A stretch of DNA of 64,000 nt from a virus (Duplodnaviria > Caudoviricetes): positions 20,786 through 84,785 of the IMG/VR virus record IMGVR_UViG_3300037419_001469; one strand, given 5' to 3'. The position numbers and the translations under genes were made by a program. The notes beneath the pieces were generated by a model. That model made no database searches, was not told the DNA's origin, and saw only the letters and a list, made by a program, of their open reading frames with translations. Position 1 is the first letter of the stretch. Every line of letters begins with the position of its first letter. Positions 1-9,644 of the stretch are shown one piece after another.

Positions 1-27
1 CCAAAGATTCCCTGCTGGAAAGCATTT

Positions 28-1416
28 TTATTCTCCATAGAGGGCCTTGCGTATGTCCTTGTAATTTCGCACGACGCGATTAACTTGCTCATCTTTTCTC
101 AAGAGCGATTCTTGCCTGTTAACTTGTATTGTACCACTTGCAATGGCAAGTCGTACACGAACTTTACGCTTTTGGCCATTGCGATAAACCCTGCCGACTG
201 CCTGCTCGAACTGGATCGGTGTCAGTGGCATTTCCATAAACAGCACGTCTGCGCACATGTCTTGCAGGTTCAAGCCGTAGCCAGCACTCTGCACCTGTGC
301 AACCAGCACTTGGCATGCCGGGTCTTCCATGAACTTAACGATATTTCTTTCCTGCTCCTTGGCGGATATACCGCCGTAGACCGCGACCGCGCCACACTTA
401 GTGAGATACGCGTGCATCGCCGCCGAGGTCATCCGGTAATTCGTGAACACGATCAGCTTCTGGCCTGCCAGCTCATCGAGGACCTGGTCGACCAGCTCGA
501 AGCCGGCCGAGGTCGCATTGGGGTTGCCGGAGAAATAGGCGTGGTTCAGGATGATCTGCTGCATGCAGTGCCACAGCCGGGTCTCCTGGGTCGCATCGAT
601 CTTGCCGCCGTCCTCCAGCTCCAGCATCTGCTCCTCGGCCAGGCGCCGATACAGCGCCATGTGGTCGTCGGCCAGGTCGTAGAACAGCGGCTGATACGCG
701 ATCTCCGGCAGCTCGGCCAGCACGTCTTCCTTCAGCAGCCGGCGCGAGTGGACGCGCAGGTTCTGTTCGAGCAAGTCGAGGTTCGCGTACTCGACGGGTT
801 TCCCGAAAAAATCCTCCTTCGTGATGTGGATGTTTCTCCACATATTGAAATTGCGGTAAATCTGTGGCGCGATCAGCTTGATGTAGGCATACGCATCCTC
901 GATCTTGGCCAGCGGCGTGCCGGTCAGCAGCATCAGGTGGCCATCCATCGAGTAGTCGCGCACCGTCTTGTAGTTCTGGCTGGCGTAGTTCTTGATCGAG
1001 GTCGCCTCGTCGACGATCAGGACCGTCCGGTTCGGGTTGGTCTCGGTCAGGATACGGGCCTGGTCGCGCTTGAACATCTCGATCGTCATCAGCGTGAACA
1101 TCGCCTCGAAGTTCAGCTTCCTGCGCTGTGCCGGCTCGCCGCGGTAGATCGTCGCGGTCACGCCGGGTATCGACATCAGCCACTTGTACCAGCCGCGCAA
1201 GAGGATCGGCGGCATGGTAACAATCACGCGGTCGGCCTCGCCCATGATGATCTTGAACAGGGCGCTGACCGTGGACGTGGCGGTCTTGCCCACGCCCACG
1301 GCCAGGTAGTGGCCGGACTTCGGATACAGCGCAAGCTCGTTGACGACGGATTTCTGGTAGCCGTACAGCTCGAACGGCAACTTGAACCGGGAGGCAACGA
1401 TGTCGCACGGTGTCAT
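28..1416 (-). CDS. SNF2-family (SF2) helicase
   Basis: Walker A-like VGVGKT, DEAT box (LIVDEATSIKN), LLTGTP, GYGLNLQ and QAVGRVYRNGQ motifs. Confidence 0.9.
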   Translation of the reverse strand: MTPCDIVASRFKLPFELYGYQKSVVNELALYPKSGHYLAVGVGKTATSTVSALFKIIMGEADRVIVTMPPILLRGWYKWLMSIPGVTATIYRGEPAQRRKLNFEAMFTLMTIEMFKRDQARILTETNPNRTVLIVDEATSIKNYASQNYKTVRDYSMDGHLMLLTGTPLAKIEDAYAYIKLIAPQIYRNFNMWRNIHITKEDFFGKPVEYANLDLLEQNLRVHSRRLLKEDVLAELPEIAYQPLFYDLADDHMALYRRLAEEQMLELEDGGKIDATQETRLWHCMQQIILNHAYFSGNPNATSAGFELVDQVLDELAGQKLIVFTNYRMTSAAMHAYLTKCGAVAVYGGISAKEQERNIVKFMEDPACQVLVAQVQSAGYGLNLQDMCADVLFMEMPLTPIQFEQAVGRVYRNGQKRKVRVRLAIASGTIQVNRQESLLRKDEQVNRVVRNYKDIRKALYGE

Positions 1417-1419
1417 GGC

Positions 1420-1905
1420 TTACTCCTTCTGCTGTTTTCCATGACGCAATATGCCATCCAGGACCGAGCGGGTGTCGGCCCAGGACCTGGCTTCGATGTC
1501 GGCGGCGATGTCGGCCGCGCGCATCGTGACCGTCTCTATCCAGCGCGGGTTGAACGCGACCATCGGCAGGTAGGACAACCGCTTGGCGTCCATGCGGGAC
1601 ACGCGTTCGACGAACGTCGTTGGATCCTCCTGCAGCCAGCCACGCATCTCGGGAAACAATCGCCTGCAGTTGTCGCCCTTCATCGTAGCCAGCGCATGGC
1701 CGAGCGCGCCGAACGGCATGCGCTGCGTGACCAGCAGCGCATTGGCGCCGGGCGCCAGGTACTGATCGACCATCGGGTAGCTGATGTAGACGAGGTTCCA
1801 CAGCGGCATGTCGCCGCGGCAGCTCGGGCCGTAGCCTATGCTGCCCTTGCCGTAATCCTCCGGTGGCCGCGGCGACCAGCAGAGTTCTCCACGTACATGA
1901 ATCAT
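1420..1905 (-). CDS. hypothetical protein (161 aa)
   Basis: GGAG RBS before ATG at 1905; the longer ORF-track start runs through a terminator and another gene. Confidence 0.7.
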   Translation of the reverse strand: MIHVRGELCWSPRPPEDYGKGSIGYGPSCRGDMPLWNLVYISYPMVDQYLAPGANALLVTQRMPFGALGHALATMKGDNCRRLFPEMRGWLQEDPTTFVERVSRMDAKRLSYLPMVAFNPRWIETVTMRAADIAADIEARSWADTRSVLDGILRHGKQQKE

Positions 1906-1917
1906 GGTGCTGACTCC

Positions 1918-1948
1918 AAAAAAGAAGGCCCACACTAAGTGTGGGCCT
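1918..1948 (-). terminator. intrinsic terminator (leftward)
   Basis: AGGCCCACAC-TAA-GTGTGGGCCT hairpin followed on the minus strand by TCTTTTTT; contains a family-B core. Confidence 0.65.
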
Positions 1949-1964
1949 GGGCTGTCGCATGGAT

Positions 1965-2444
1965 TTAATCGAACACGGGTTCGACGAAATCCACGCACTT
2001 CAGGAACTTGTGCTGCGGATAGAACTTGCCATCGCTGCCAGTCTGGTCCCGGGCTGACTTCAAAGCCATCGCCGGAAACTGGCCCACGGCATATACCTCC
2101 AGGCCCAGGCCGTGGTACTTCTCGGCAGTGCGATTCAGTTGGTCCTGGTTCATCACCAGGCGCGACATCAGCGCGCTCACCACGAGCTCCATATCCTTGT
2201 CGGCATCGAAGCCGGCAAGGTGGTGGCCGCCGAGGCTGAACACGTTGACATCGCACAGCGCATCGCGCAGCTTTTTCGGGTCGCGCTGCTCGATGGCCTC
2301 CAGCGCTTCCTCGACCTCCTCGGGAATGCACTGGACCTGCTTCCTGAGGCGGTCCCAATCGATGGCCTCCGGATTTCCCTGCGGGTTGCCGAAGGCGGTG
2401 TTCATGGCGGCGACGAGGCCGAACATTGAGGGTTGCGTCATCAC
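1965..2444 (-). CDS. MazG-like/PRA-PH-like nucleotide pyrophosphohydrolase
   Basis: Helical EEVEEALEA...DALCDVNVF acidic metal-binding pattern of all-alpha NTP-PPases. Confidence 0.7.
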   Translation of the reverse strand: MMTQPSMFGLVAAMNTAFGNPQGNPEAIDWDRLRKQVQCIPEEVEEALEAIEQRDPKKLRDALCDVNVFSLGGHHLAGFDADKDMELVVSALMSRLVMNQDQLNRTAEKYHGLGLEVYAVGQFPAMALKSARDQTGSDGKFYPQHKFLKCVDFVEPVFD

Positions 2445-2450
2445 TTCTCC

Positions 2451-2657
2451 TTACAGTTTGAACGTGGCATAGCGGTCCACGATGTTGGCATGCACGAAGC
2501 GGCCCGGGCTCTCGGCCCGGGTCAGGTCTTCGTACACGGTTAACGGCACGCCCACATAGCGGTACTTGCCGCCCTTGATGAACGTGAGGGTCAGGGTGGA
2601 GATGCCGTCATGTTCGGCCTCCACCACATTGGAGCTATTCAGCTTTGTCCATGGCAC
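2451..2657 (-). CDS. KTSC-domain protein
   Basis: SSNV...TLTLTFIKGGKYRYVGVP...YEDLTRAESPGRFVHANI matches the KTSC pattern; GTG start with GGAG RBS. Confidence 0.85.
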   Translation of the reverse strand: MPWTKLNSSNVVEAEHDGISTLTLTFIKGGKYRYVGVPLTVYEDLTRAESPGRFVHANIVDRYATFKL

Positions 2658-2658
2658 T

Positions 2659-3108
2659 TTAATCTCCTGGCGGCTTCTGATCCACGATCACGCGGAACAG
2701 GCCGGTAATGGGGTTCACACCGAGTGTGAGGACCACGCCAGCGAATTCGACCTCCATCTTTTCCGGAGCGATGTGCGGTCTTGAAATCGCAACTTCCCCC
2801 GGCTCCCTGACGGCAGCCTTCTTGGCGCGGTTACCTAGTTGAAAAGGCGGCGCGCTTGGGTTCCATCGGTAGGTCGCCTCACGCCCCATGCCGTTCTTGA
2901 TGATGGCGTTATGGCGCTCCAGCACTTTTAAAATGTCGCGCACCTGCCAGTTGGTCCGCTCTGTCCTGGAGATGTCATCCTTCTGCCTCAGAGCGGCAAG
3001 AGATAGCTCCTCTCTGCGTAAGTGCTCCTCGATGAATTTGTACATCAAGGCCAGGTTCGCCATCGGCGGTTGGGCTACGTCTTTGGTCTCGTCGGTAAGG
3101 TCTAGCAT
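2659..3108 (-). CDS. hypothetical protein, possible winged-helix DNA-binding domain
   Basis: GAGG RBS before ATG 3108; WQVRDILKVLERHNAIIKNGMGREATYRW resembles a wHTH recognition helix plus wing. Confidence 0.55.
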   Translation of the reverse strand: MLDLTDETKDVAQPPMANLALMYKFIEEHLRREELSLAALRQKDDISRTERTNWQVRDILKVLERHNAIIKNGMGREATYRWNPSAPPFQLGNRAKKAAVREPGEVAISRPHIAPEKMEVEFAGVVLTLGVNPITGLFRVIVDQKPPGD

Positions 3109-3276
3109 GGTGGTCCTCATTAAAAAATCTGCACAGTTCCCTGTGAAATGGCTGCGTGGTGATGCTGAGACTCCAAGAACTGCCAATTGGAGCGGTATTG
3201 TCAGTGACAAACCCGGCATGGTGGATGATCGACTATCGGTCGCCCATAGATACCTCAAGATAGTCCAATAGTCGAG

Positions 3277-3459
3277 TTAAAGCCAGTCGTCGTGCGAGGT
3301 CCGTGGAGGCACGTCATCCGACAACTGGTCCTCGAATCGGCGGTTACGCGGAGGCGCCTTCGCCTGCTCCTCCGCGCGCCGCTTCAGCGCCTCATATTCC
3401 GCATGCAGGCGCTGAAACTTCCGTCGATTCAGGGCGTTGGATAGCCACTGGAAAATCAT
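3277..3459 (-). CDS. small hypothetical protein
   Basis: ATGA overlap with the stop of the ParB-like gene. Confidence 0.6.
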   Translation of the reverse strand: MIFQWLSNALNRRKFQRLHAEYEALKRRAEEQAKAPPRNRRFEDQLSDDVPPRTSHDDWL

Positions 3460-4547
3460 GGGGCGGCCTTGCCGTCTTCGCCCTTCGGCTTGAACGGCCA
3501 GTTGCCATTGGCAACCTCTCCCTGTTCCGGCGCCGGCCCGTCGCCGTCGTCGTCCTCGTCCTCGTCGGTGCCGAGCATCGCCTGCAGTTCCAGCAAGCGC
3601 TTCAGCACGGTGCCAGGCACCTTGACCGAATACTTGCGGGTGTCGCTGATCGACTCGACCTTGTACTCCAGGTCCGGCAGGAAATGCACCATGTCCTTGG
3701 CGATGTCGACGACTTTCTTCGGGCTGACCTTCTTCTTCGGTGCGGCTTCGCGCTGCGCGGCGGCGACGGCGGCCGGATCACCATCGGTGCCAGCAGCCGG
3801 ATTGGCTGCCATCTGCTTGGCGATCGACGTCGTCACCTTCGGCTTGCCGGTTTCAGCCAGGCGCGTAACGTAGTCACGCAACACATCTACCGCCCCTTCG
3901 GCGCCGTGCTTTTTCACGGCGTCCAGCGCGACATCCACGCTGATCTTGTCGTCGCGGATCAGGTCCTTGATCGGATGCGCCAGGTTCGAGATCGCTTCGA
4001 GCTTGTCGATGTACGACGCCGACCAGGACAGCTTCTTGGCGATGTGGGTCTTCGGCAGATTGAGGGTGTCGATGGCGCGGCGCACGACGACGGACAGTTC
4101 CAGCACGGTCAGCTTCTCGCCCGCGTTCGAGGTCACCGTCATCATCAGGCAATCCTCGTCGGAGCCCTTGAACGGCACGCACATCAGGAAGCCGACGCCC
4201 TCCTGCCCTTCGGCCTTCAGCTCGGCATCGGCCTGCAAGGCTGCCGTGTAGCGGCACTCGCCATTGACGATGGAGACCTTCTCCTTCGACTCCAGGCGAA
4301 CCTCGATGGCCGGCACATACTGGCCGCTCTTGTAGGCTTCCTTGATCGCGGCGATCTTCTCGACCGTCTCCGGTTTCGATAGGTCGCGCGGATTGAAACC
4401 CTCGCGCTTGACGATGCGGTGCAGCGGCACCTTCATCAGCTCGCCGCGGCCGACGTCGGCATTGCCGCGCTCGAAATCGCGGAACGATCCGGAGCCCGGC
4501 ACGCGGCTGGTGTTGGCGGTATCTTTCAATTGCTTCGTCTTCGACAT
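3456..4547 (-). CDS. ParB/Spo0J-family protein (ParB N-terminal domain + HTH)
   Basis: GFNPRDL and IVNGECRYTAA (ParB GxxRxxA-like) motifs, then HTH-like KTHIAKKLSWSASYIDKL; GGAG RBS favours ATG 4547. Confidence 0.85.
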   Translation of the reverse strand: MSKTKQLKDTANTSRVPGSGSFRDFERGNADVGRGELMKVPLHRIVKREGFNPRDLSKPETVEKIAAIKEAYKSGQYVPAIEVRLESKEKVSIVNGECRYTAALQADAELKAEGQEGVGFLMCVPFKGSDEDCLMMTVTSNAGEKLTVLELSVVVRRAIDTLNLPKTHIAKKLSWSASYIDKLEAISNLAHPIKDLIRDDKISVDVALDAVKKHGAEGAVDVLRDYVTRLAETGKPKVTTSIAKQMAANPAAGTDGDPAAVAAAQREAAPKKKVSPKKVVDIAKDMVHFLPDLEYKVESISDTRKYSVKVPGTVLKRLLELQAMLGTDEDEDDDGDGPAPEQGEVANGNWPFKPKGEDGKAAP

Positions 4548-4596
4548 GATCTTCTCCATTTACAGTAAAGGAATGCCCATCTCGTCAATGGGCCTA

Positions 4597-5040
4597 CTAC
4601 GGCACGACAACACCAGGATTTAGCCTGGCTTCCAGCTCTTTCACCTTCTTGCGCAGCTCGTCGACCTCCTGCACCAGTGCAAGCACGAACCCGTCCCCGG
4701 TCACGTCCCGGTTCCACGGCTCGCCGTGGCGGAACACTTCAGTCTTGCCATCCTGGTGCATGACATAGCGGTACTTGCCGTCATAGACGGTGACGTCATA
4801 CATAGGGATTGGCGCGAAATCGGCAAAGCTGTGACCAAGCTTCTCGATCATGGCGCCCTTGCACGAATCGCACAGCGACATGCTGCCGCGCTCGCCATCG
4901 CTTCCCGCCTTGCGTTCGGTGGCGATAACGGTCGGCTTGCTCGTGCAGCGTACCCAGGGACGCGGTCCGAGCGTCATGAAGCTGCCTTCCTGGATCAGTG
5001 CCTGGCACTGGTTCGGGTCCGGTGGGATCAGGTCAGCCAT
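4597..5040 (-). CDS. hypothetical protein (Cys-containing N-half, C-terminal coiled coil)
   Basis: Overlaps the stop of the upstream gene; genome-typical codon usage. Confidence 0.65.
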   Translation of the reverse strand: MADLIPPDPNQCQALIQEGSFMTLGPRPWVRCTSKPTVIATERKAGSDGERGSMSLCDSCKGAMIEKLGHSFADFAPIPMYDVTVYDGKYRYVMHQDGKTEVFRHGEPWNRDVTGDGFVLALVQEVDELRKKVKELEARLNPGVVVP

Positions 5041-5398
5041 ACACGATCTCCCCGAAGCACGCGACCTGCACGATGACGTCAGCCGCGTCGGCGTCGATGT
5101 AGCAGCCGATGTTGTCCTGGTCACCAATCGAGTCGCGGATCCATTGCCGGATCTGGTCGTTGACCTGGACCTCGCCGTTGGCCAGCTGGCGCACGGCGGC
5201 GCGAATCTGGTCATAGTCGACGGAGACTGCCTTATCTCTGTCTGGCATGATCTTCCAGCCAACGACCTTGTTGTCATCATCCAGCAGATGATGTGCCCCG
5301 GCGCACCAGTAATTGATACCGCCTTCGAAAGCGGTGTCCATGACATCAACCACATACCGATCAGTGATCGTGGTTGACGGTGTGATCAAGGTGTCCAT
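5033..5398 (-). CDS. hypothetical phage protein
   Basis: GAGGAG upstream of ATG 5398; C-terminal DADAADVIVQVACFGEIVYG motif that I recall from phage hypotheticals. Confidence 0.7.
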   Translation of the reverse strand: MDTLITPSTTITDRYVVDVMDTAFEGGINYWCAGAHHLLDDDNKVVGWKIMPDRDKAVSVDYDQIRAAVRQLANGEVQVNDQIRQWIRDSIGDQDNIGCYIDADAADVIVQVACFGEIVYG

Positions 5399-5605
5399 CT
5401 TTTCTCTCCTCGGAGAATTCGACATAGAAGCCGTCCCGTTCAGCACGCACTGTCCCATGCGCCTCGGATGACCGGAACGGATGCTGGTAAAACAGCACAT
5501 AGGCCATCGAGTTCGCACAGAACAAGGCACGAATGCGAGATCGATATTCGATGTACTTGTGGGCCGAGCCATCGCAGCGGCCGAAAGAGACGGTGTACAT
5601 AATTG

Positions 5606-6760
5606 CTATCCAATATAGGTTTTGCGCGGCGGGTCTTCCCCGTACAGGTACTCGCGCAGCTCGTTGACGAAGCCAACAGGATCGTTACGTGCGTATCGGA
5701 CCATTTCCTCCCTGGTCATGAAGCCGTCCGGGTCATCGAGATCGATGTATCCGCCATAGCCGAGATCGAACATGCTGCGGCTGAACTGCCGCGCCTCGGC
5801 CGGGTCCCTCTTAGTGGGAAGCGATTCCCAATCAAGAGAGATGCAGGCATCGCGCAGCGCCATCAGGTGACCGACATCGAGCATTTCGCTGCCGGTGTGC
5901 TCCTTCTGGTAGCCGACCGAGACGTTCGTGCATTCAGGGATGCACTCGATGTATTCCTTCGTGTCGGTATAGACGCCGCTATCGTCCGGGCTGTAAAAGA
6001 AATTGAAGTTGAGCGTATTCAGGGCGTCGGCCAGGGCCAGCGCGAATTCATCCGAGCAGCAAGGCTCTCCGCCCTGGTGCGAGATGATGGAATCGGTCGC
6101 CTTGCGGTCGAACGCGATGGCCCGATTAAACTGCCGCAGGAAGTCGGGCTCGTATTGGGCCATCCAGGACGCGCCGATGCCCCCACACTCCTCGCCGCGG
6201 GTGATGACATAAGTGCCTGGCACGCCTGCGTCGATCATCTCCAGCAGCAGCCACACGCCGGCCCCGTCATCCGCGCCCAGGGGCTCGCCGTCTTCCTTGA
6301 AGATGTGCCTCAGGATCGGGTCGTAGGACAGCACCTGCGGCCCTTCCTTGCGGTGGACGGTGTCGACGTGGGCCGAGAACAGCGTTTTCGAATTCTCTCC
6401 CACGGTGATCACATAAGCGGCGATCTGCCGGTCCCCGTAGATGGCCGGGTTGTAGGGTTTGATATACCTCTCGCACCATGCCCGCTCGGCATCGGAATCG
6501 TGCGGACGCTTCACGCCGAGCATGGCAAACAGCCGCGCGTCCAGGCCCTCCGGCAGAGACTTGACCTGCGCCTTCGGCGGTGGCAGCGGTTCCGGCTCGG
6601 CCTTCTTGAACCAGGCCGTGGGCAGCCCCGTGTGCAGTGGGTTCGGCGCCTTGCTGATCTTGGTGGTCTTGACCTCGATGTCGGGCTTGGAGGTCTTGGA
6701 TGTCTTGGAGGACTTCGGGGCGCTCGTGTTGAGCACGCCCTTCTTTTCGGCGGTTTTCAT
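5606..6760 (-). CDS. M28/M20-family Zn-dependent peptidase-like hydrolase
   Basis: Metal ligands in order: SAHVDT, LGADDGAG, RGEE, FDR, GYQKEHT; ATGA-coupled to the upstream gene. Confidence 0.85.
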   Translation of the reverse strand: MKTAEKKGVLNTSAPKSSKTSKTSKPDIEVKTTKISKAPNPLHTGLPTAWFKKAEPEPLPPPKAQVKSLPEGLDARLFAMLGVKRPHDSDAERAWCERYIKPYNPAIYGDRQIAAYVITVGENSKTLFSAHVDTVHRKEGPQVLSYDPILRHIFKEDGEPLGADDGAGVWLLLEMIDAGVPGTYVITRGEECGGIGASWMAQYEPDFLRQFNRAIAFDRKATDSIISHQGGEPCCSDEFALALADALNTLNFNFFYSPDDSGVYTDTKEYIECIPECTNVSVGYQKEHTGSEMLDVGHLMALRDACISLDWESLPTKRDPAEARQFSRSMFDLGYGGYIDLDDPDGFMTREEMVRYARNDPVGFVNELREYLYGEDPPRKTYIG

Positions 6761-8571
6761 GCGCACACCTCTTGTTCAGGTTCATTTACAGTAAATGGGA
6801 CAACTGCATCAATGCGTGCAGCGTGAACAAGTTCGGGGTGGAATAGGCTCCAATCCCATGTTCCGTCCGGGCACTGAATCATATCCGCTTCCTTGAACCA
6901 ATAAAAGCCCCCGGGTGACATATCGACAACAGCTTCGTCTTGATCCCACGCAAGCTTTCCGTCGATCAGCTCGACGGTATCGGCAACGTGCGCGAATTCC
7001 CCGTTGTAGAGCATGCGGCAGTCGGTGTCATTGAGGAGCATCCAACTCTCGTCGGCGCACTGCACGCAGTCCTCCTCCAAGGCGTAGTCGCCGTTATAGA
7101 GCTCGACCACGCCCTCATCGTCGTCCAAGGCCCAATCGCCTCCGACCAGTTCGACCACGCTGCTATCCGAAGACAAGGCCCACCGCTCATCGCCATCCTT
7201 GTCATCGATCAGCTGGACCAGGTCGTCGTGGCCATCGGAGGCATAGCGGCCGTCGTACAACTCGGTGCAGTAGTCCTTGTCCTGGTAATCGCCGTCGACG
7301 TCGAGCACGATGCCGTGGTAATCCAGCACGCTCTGCCGGTCCAGATACCAGTTCTCCCCGACCTGGATGGCGCTGCCGATGCGGACATAGGTTTCATCGC
7401 CATGCTGGCCGTAATAGGCATAAACATAGTGCTCGTCCCTGCAGTAGCTGCAGATGTCATGATCATGGTGCTCGGAATAGCTCAGGTCATCGTTATGGAC
7501 GCGGGAATCGCAGCAGTCGCAGTAGCTGTAGTGCTCGTCGTCGTCATCGTTATCGTCGTCACCATCCATGATGCCGTTGGCATTGGCCGCATCCTTGCCC
7601 GTGTCGCTCCAGAGGAAGTAATCGCGCTGCGTGGCCGAGTCGTAAAGCGGCCCCTCGACTCTCTGGTGGCAGCCGTCGAGGTACGGCATCAGCCAGCCGC
7701 CGCAGTCGAGGTCGATGCACTGCAGCTTGATGCCGAGGCCGCCGAATCCGTCGACCTTCTCGTAGCCCAGGTCCTTCAGGCGCGAAGCCAGGATCTCGCC
7801 ATCGTTGCCGTAGTAGCGCACGAAGGCCTTGTTCTTCATGTCGCACAGGCAGCGCGCGGAAGCGCCGTTGGGCGAGCCGAGGTAGGCAAGGCCAAGACGG
7901 TACGAGCCGTCCGCCTCCTGGTAGCCGTAGACCTCGACCGGGTGCATGTTATCGACGCGGCAATCGTCCCCTTCCATGCAGGACTGGATGCCGCAGTTCT
8001 CGTACACCTCGCGGATCGCCTCCGGCCCGACCGCCCACTTGATCTCGTCCTGGTGGATGTTATTGGCGATGTCGCGGATCTGCTCCTGCGTCAGCACGTC
8101 CGCATAGAACTTCTGCAGGTAGCGGCCTAGCTTCATTTTCACTTGGCGATCGGCCAGCCCATACTGGTGGCTCGGCGTGTACGCGATCATCGTCGGGTCG
8201 TCGGTCGACAGGTGGACGAAGTGGTACACATAGCGCAGCCGGACATTCTCCGGCAGGTTGCGCAGGCCGTAAATCAGATTCGACACCGGCTGGTAGTGGC
8301 CGTGCCAGAAACGCATCGCCTCGCGGTACAGCCACCAGTTGAGGTCGTTCGGCTCGGCATTGCAGTAATCCTTGAACCGATCAAGGTCTTCGGGCGCGAC
8401 GCCCTCCGGAGGGTAATTGCACATCGGGCTTTGCTTGACGCGGAAAGGATGGCCGACCGGGCTCCTGTGCGTCTCCAGATACCAGTGCGTGGTCCAGAAG
8501 TAATCGGTCTCCCGGTCGACATAGACCCGGTAATCCTCGAACGTCTTGATCGGGGTGATGTTCTCAGCCAT
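6757..8571 (-). CDS. large hypothetical protein with CxxC/His Zn-ribbon and acidic beta-repeats
   Basis: 604-aa ORF; YCDCCD...ICSYC, followed by repeated VEL(Y/V)xGxWA-like units. Confidence 0.8.
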   Translation of the reverse strand: MAENITPIKTFEDYRVYVDRETDYFWTTHWYLETHRSPVGHPFRVKQSPMCNYPPEGVAPEDLDRFKDYCNAEPNDLNWWLYREAMRFWHGHYQPVSNLIYGLRNLPENVRLRYVYHFVHLSTDDPTMIAYTPSHQYGLADRQVKMKLGRYLQKFYADVLTQEQIRDIANNIHQDEIKWAVGPEAIREVYENCGIQSCMEGDDCRVDNMHPVEVYGYQEADGSYRLGLAYLGSPNGASARCLCDMKNKAFVRYYGNDGEILASRLKDLGYEKVDGFGGLGIKLQCIDLDCGGWLMPYLDGCHQRVEGPLYDSATQRDYFLWSDTGKDAANANGIMDGDDDNDDDDEHYSYCDCCDSRVHNDDLSYSEHHDHDICSYCRDEHYVYAYYGQHGDETYVRIGSAIQVGENWYLDRQSVLDYHGIVLDVDGDYQDKDYCTELYDGRYASDGHDDLVQLIDDKDGDERWALSSDSSVVELVGGDWALDDDEGVVELYNGDYALEEDCVQCADESWMLLNDTDCRMLYNGEFAHVADTVELIDGKLAWDQDEAVVDMSPGGFYWFKEADMIQCPDGTWDWSLFHPELVHAARIDAVVPFTVNEPEQEVCA

Positions 8572-8664
8572 TTTGCTACTCCTTCGAGTGAAATTAAGCC
8601 CACAGTGGGCGGCTAGAAACGGGCCTCAATGGCGAGGCCCTGGGAATCACACTTAGTGGGGATC

Positions 8665-8985
8665 TCATCCCATTGCGCGGACTTGGCGCTGCACCTCGGA
8701 CAGCGGGATCGGAGACCAGTACAGGTCGCGCTCGATGGTCAAGCCTCCGGGTCCGCGGATCATCTCGAGTTCGTCGATCGAGACATAGCCAAGCTCGGCC
8801 TCGTCGGCGTAATTCAGCAGGCAGAAGCCGAAGGCCAGGCGCTTCTCGGGGTCGTACTCGGTCAGCCACCACGTTGCCATGGCCCAAGGACAGAACAGCT
8901 TGACGACGCATTGCGGGTCCGGGATGCGCTCCTGCGAGTACAGCGGCGGCAAGAGCTTGGCCGCTTCGTTATCGATCAGCGTCAT
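8665..8985 (-). CDS. DUF2958-like protein
   Basis: VVKLFCPWAMATWWLTEYDP...AFG...ELGYVSIDELE...IERDLYW pattern. Confidence 0.8.
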   Translation of the reverse strand: MTLIDNEAAKLLPPLYSQERIPDPQCVVKLFCPWAMATWWLTEYDPEKRLAFGFCLLNYADEAELGYVSIDELEMIRGPGGLTIERDLYWSPIPLSEVQRQVRAMG

Positions 8986-9272
8986 TGCCGGCCTCCGCAC
9001 GTCGGGATCACGTTGTCTTTCGGCTGCACCAGGTGCAGCACGATCTCGAGCGATGCGGCCAGCTCCATCGCCGCGTCGTGGTCGCTGAAGTCGGCCACCG
9101 ATTCGATGCCGCCGACTTCGCCGCGGTAATGCAGCGCCACCATCCAGGCGTTGGCCTGGGCTTCGTCAGTGGGCAGCAGGGCGCCATTCATGTATCGCAT
9201 CGGAAGCAGCTCGACGGCATCGAAGTCCAGCAGGCTGCCGGTGAACTCAATACGGGCAAAGGTCTCAGCCAT
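8982..9272 (-). CDS. hypothetical protein
   Basis: Tightly coupled ORF (ATGA overlap). Confidence 0.7.
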   Translation of the reverse strand: MAETFARIEFTGSLLDFDAVELLPMRYMNGALLPTDEAQANAWMVALHYRGEVGGIESVADFSDHDAAMELAASLEIVLHLVQPKDNVIPTCGGRQ

Positions 9273-9618
9273 GATCGGTCTCCCTGATCTTGGCCTCGAC
9301 TTCCTCGACGGCCTTCGTGTACGGTGCGATACCGCCGCTGTTCAAGCCGTCGACGTTGAGCAGGAAGGCCAGCTGGTGGCAGATCAGGCGGACCGCGGTG
9401 TCCTGGCAGACGGAGTCGGTGCCGCGGTAATCGGCCGATCTCGCGAACTCGTCGATGGCCGCGACCAGCGAGCGGGCCACGCCGCTCGGATTGCAGGCGC
9501 CCTGCGAGATCGCGATCGCATCGCGGTATCTCTTGCCGAGTTCGTTCTTGCTGATGACGATATGGGTCATGTCCAGGGTCCGGAGTGCGGACTGGACAAG
9601 CGTGATGTCTCCGCTCAT
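9265..9618 (-). CDS. hypothetical protein
   Basis: Start follows a family-A palindrome/GGAG RBS. Confidence 0.7.
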   Translation of the reverse strand: MSGDITLVQSALRTLDMTHIVISKNELGKRYRDAIAISQGACNPSGVARSLVAAIDEFARSADYRGTDSVCQDTAVRLICHQLAFLLNVDGLNSGGIAPYTKAVEEVEAKIRETDHG

Positions 9619-9644
9619 GGGAGCCTCCATTTACAGTAAACGGG

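Noticed and set aside
85-1938. 617-aa plus-strand ORF (and similar long antisense ORFs such as 5603-6826, 30429-31955, 39749-41494, 47588-50056)
   Set aside because: Shadow ORFs opposite well-supported genes; expected from strong GC3 bias; no RBS or recognisable motifs.
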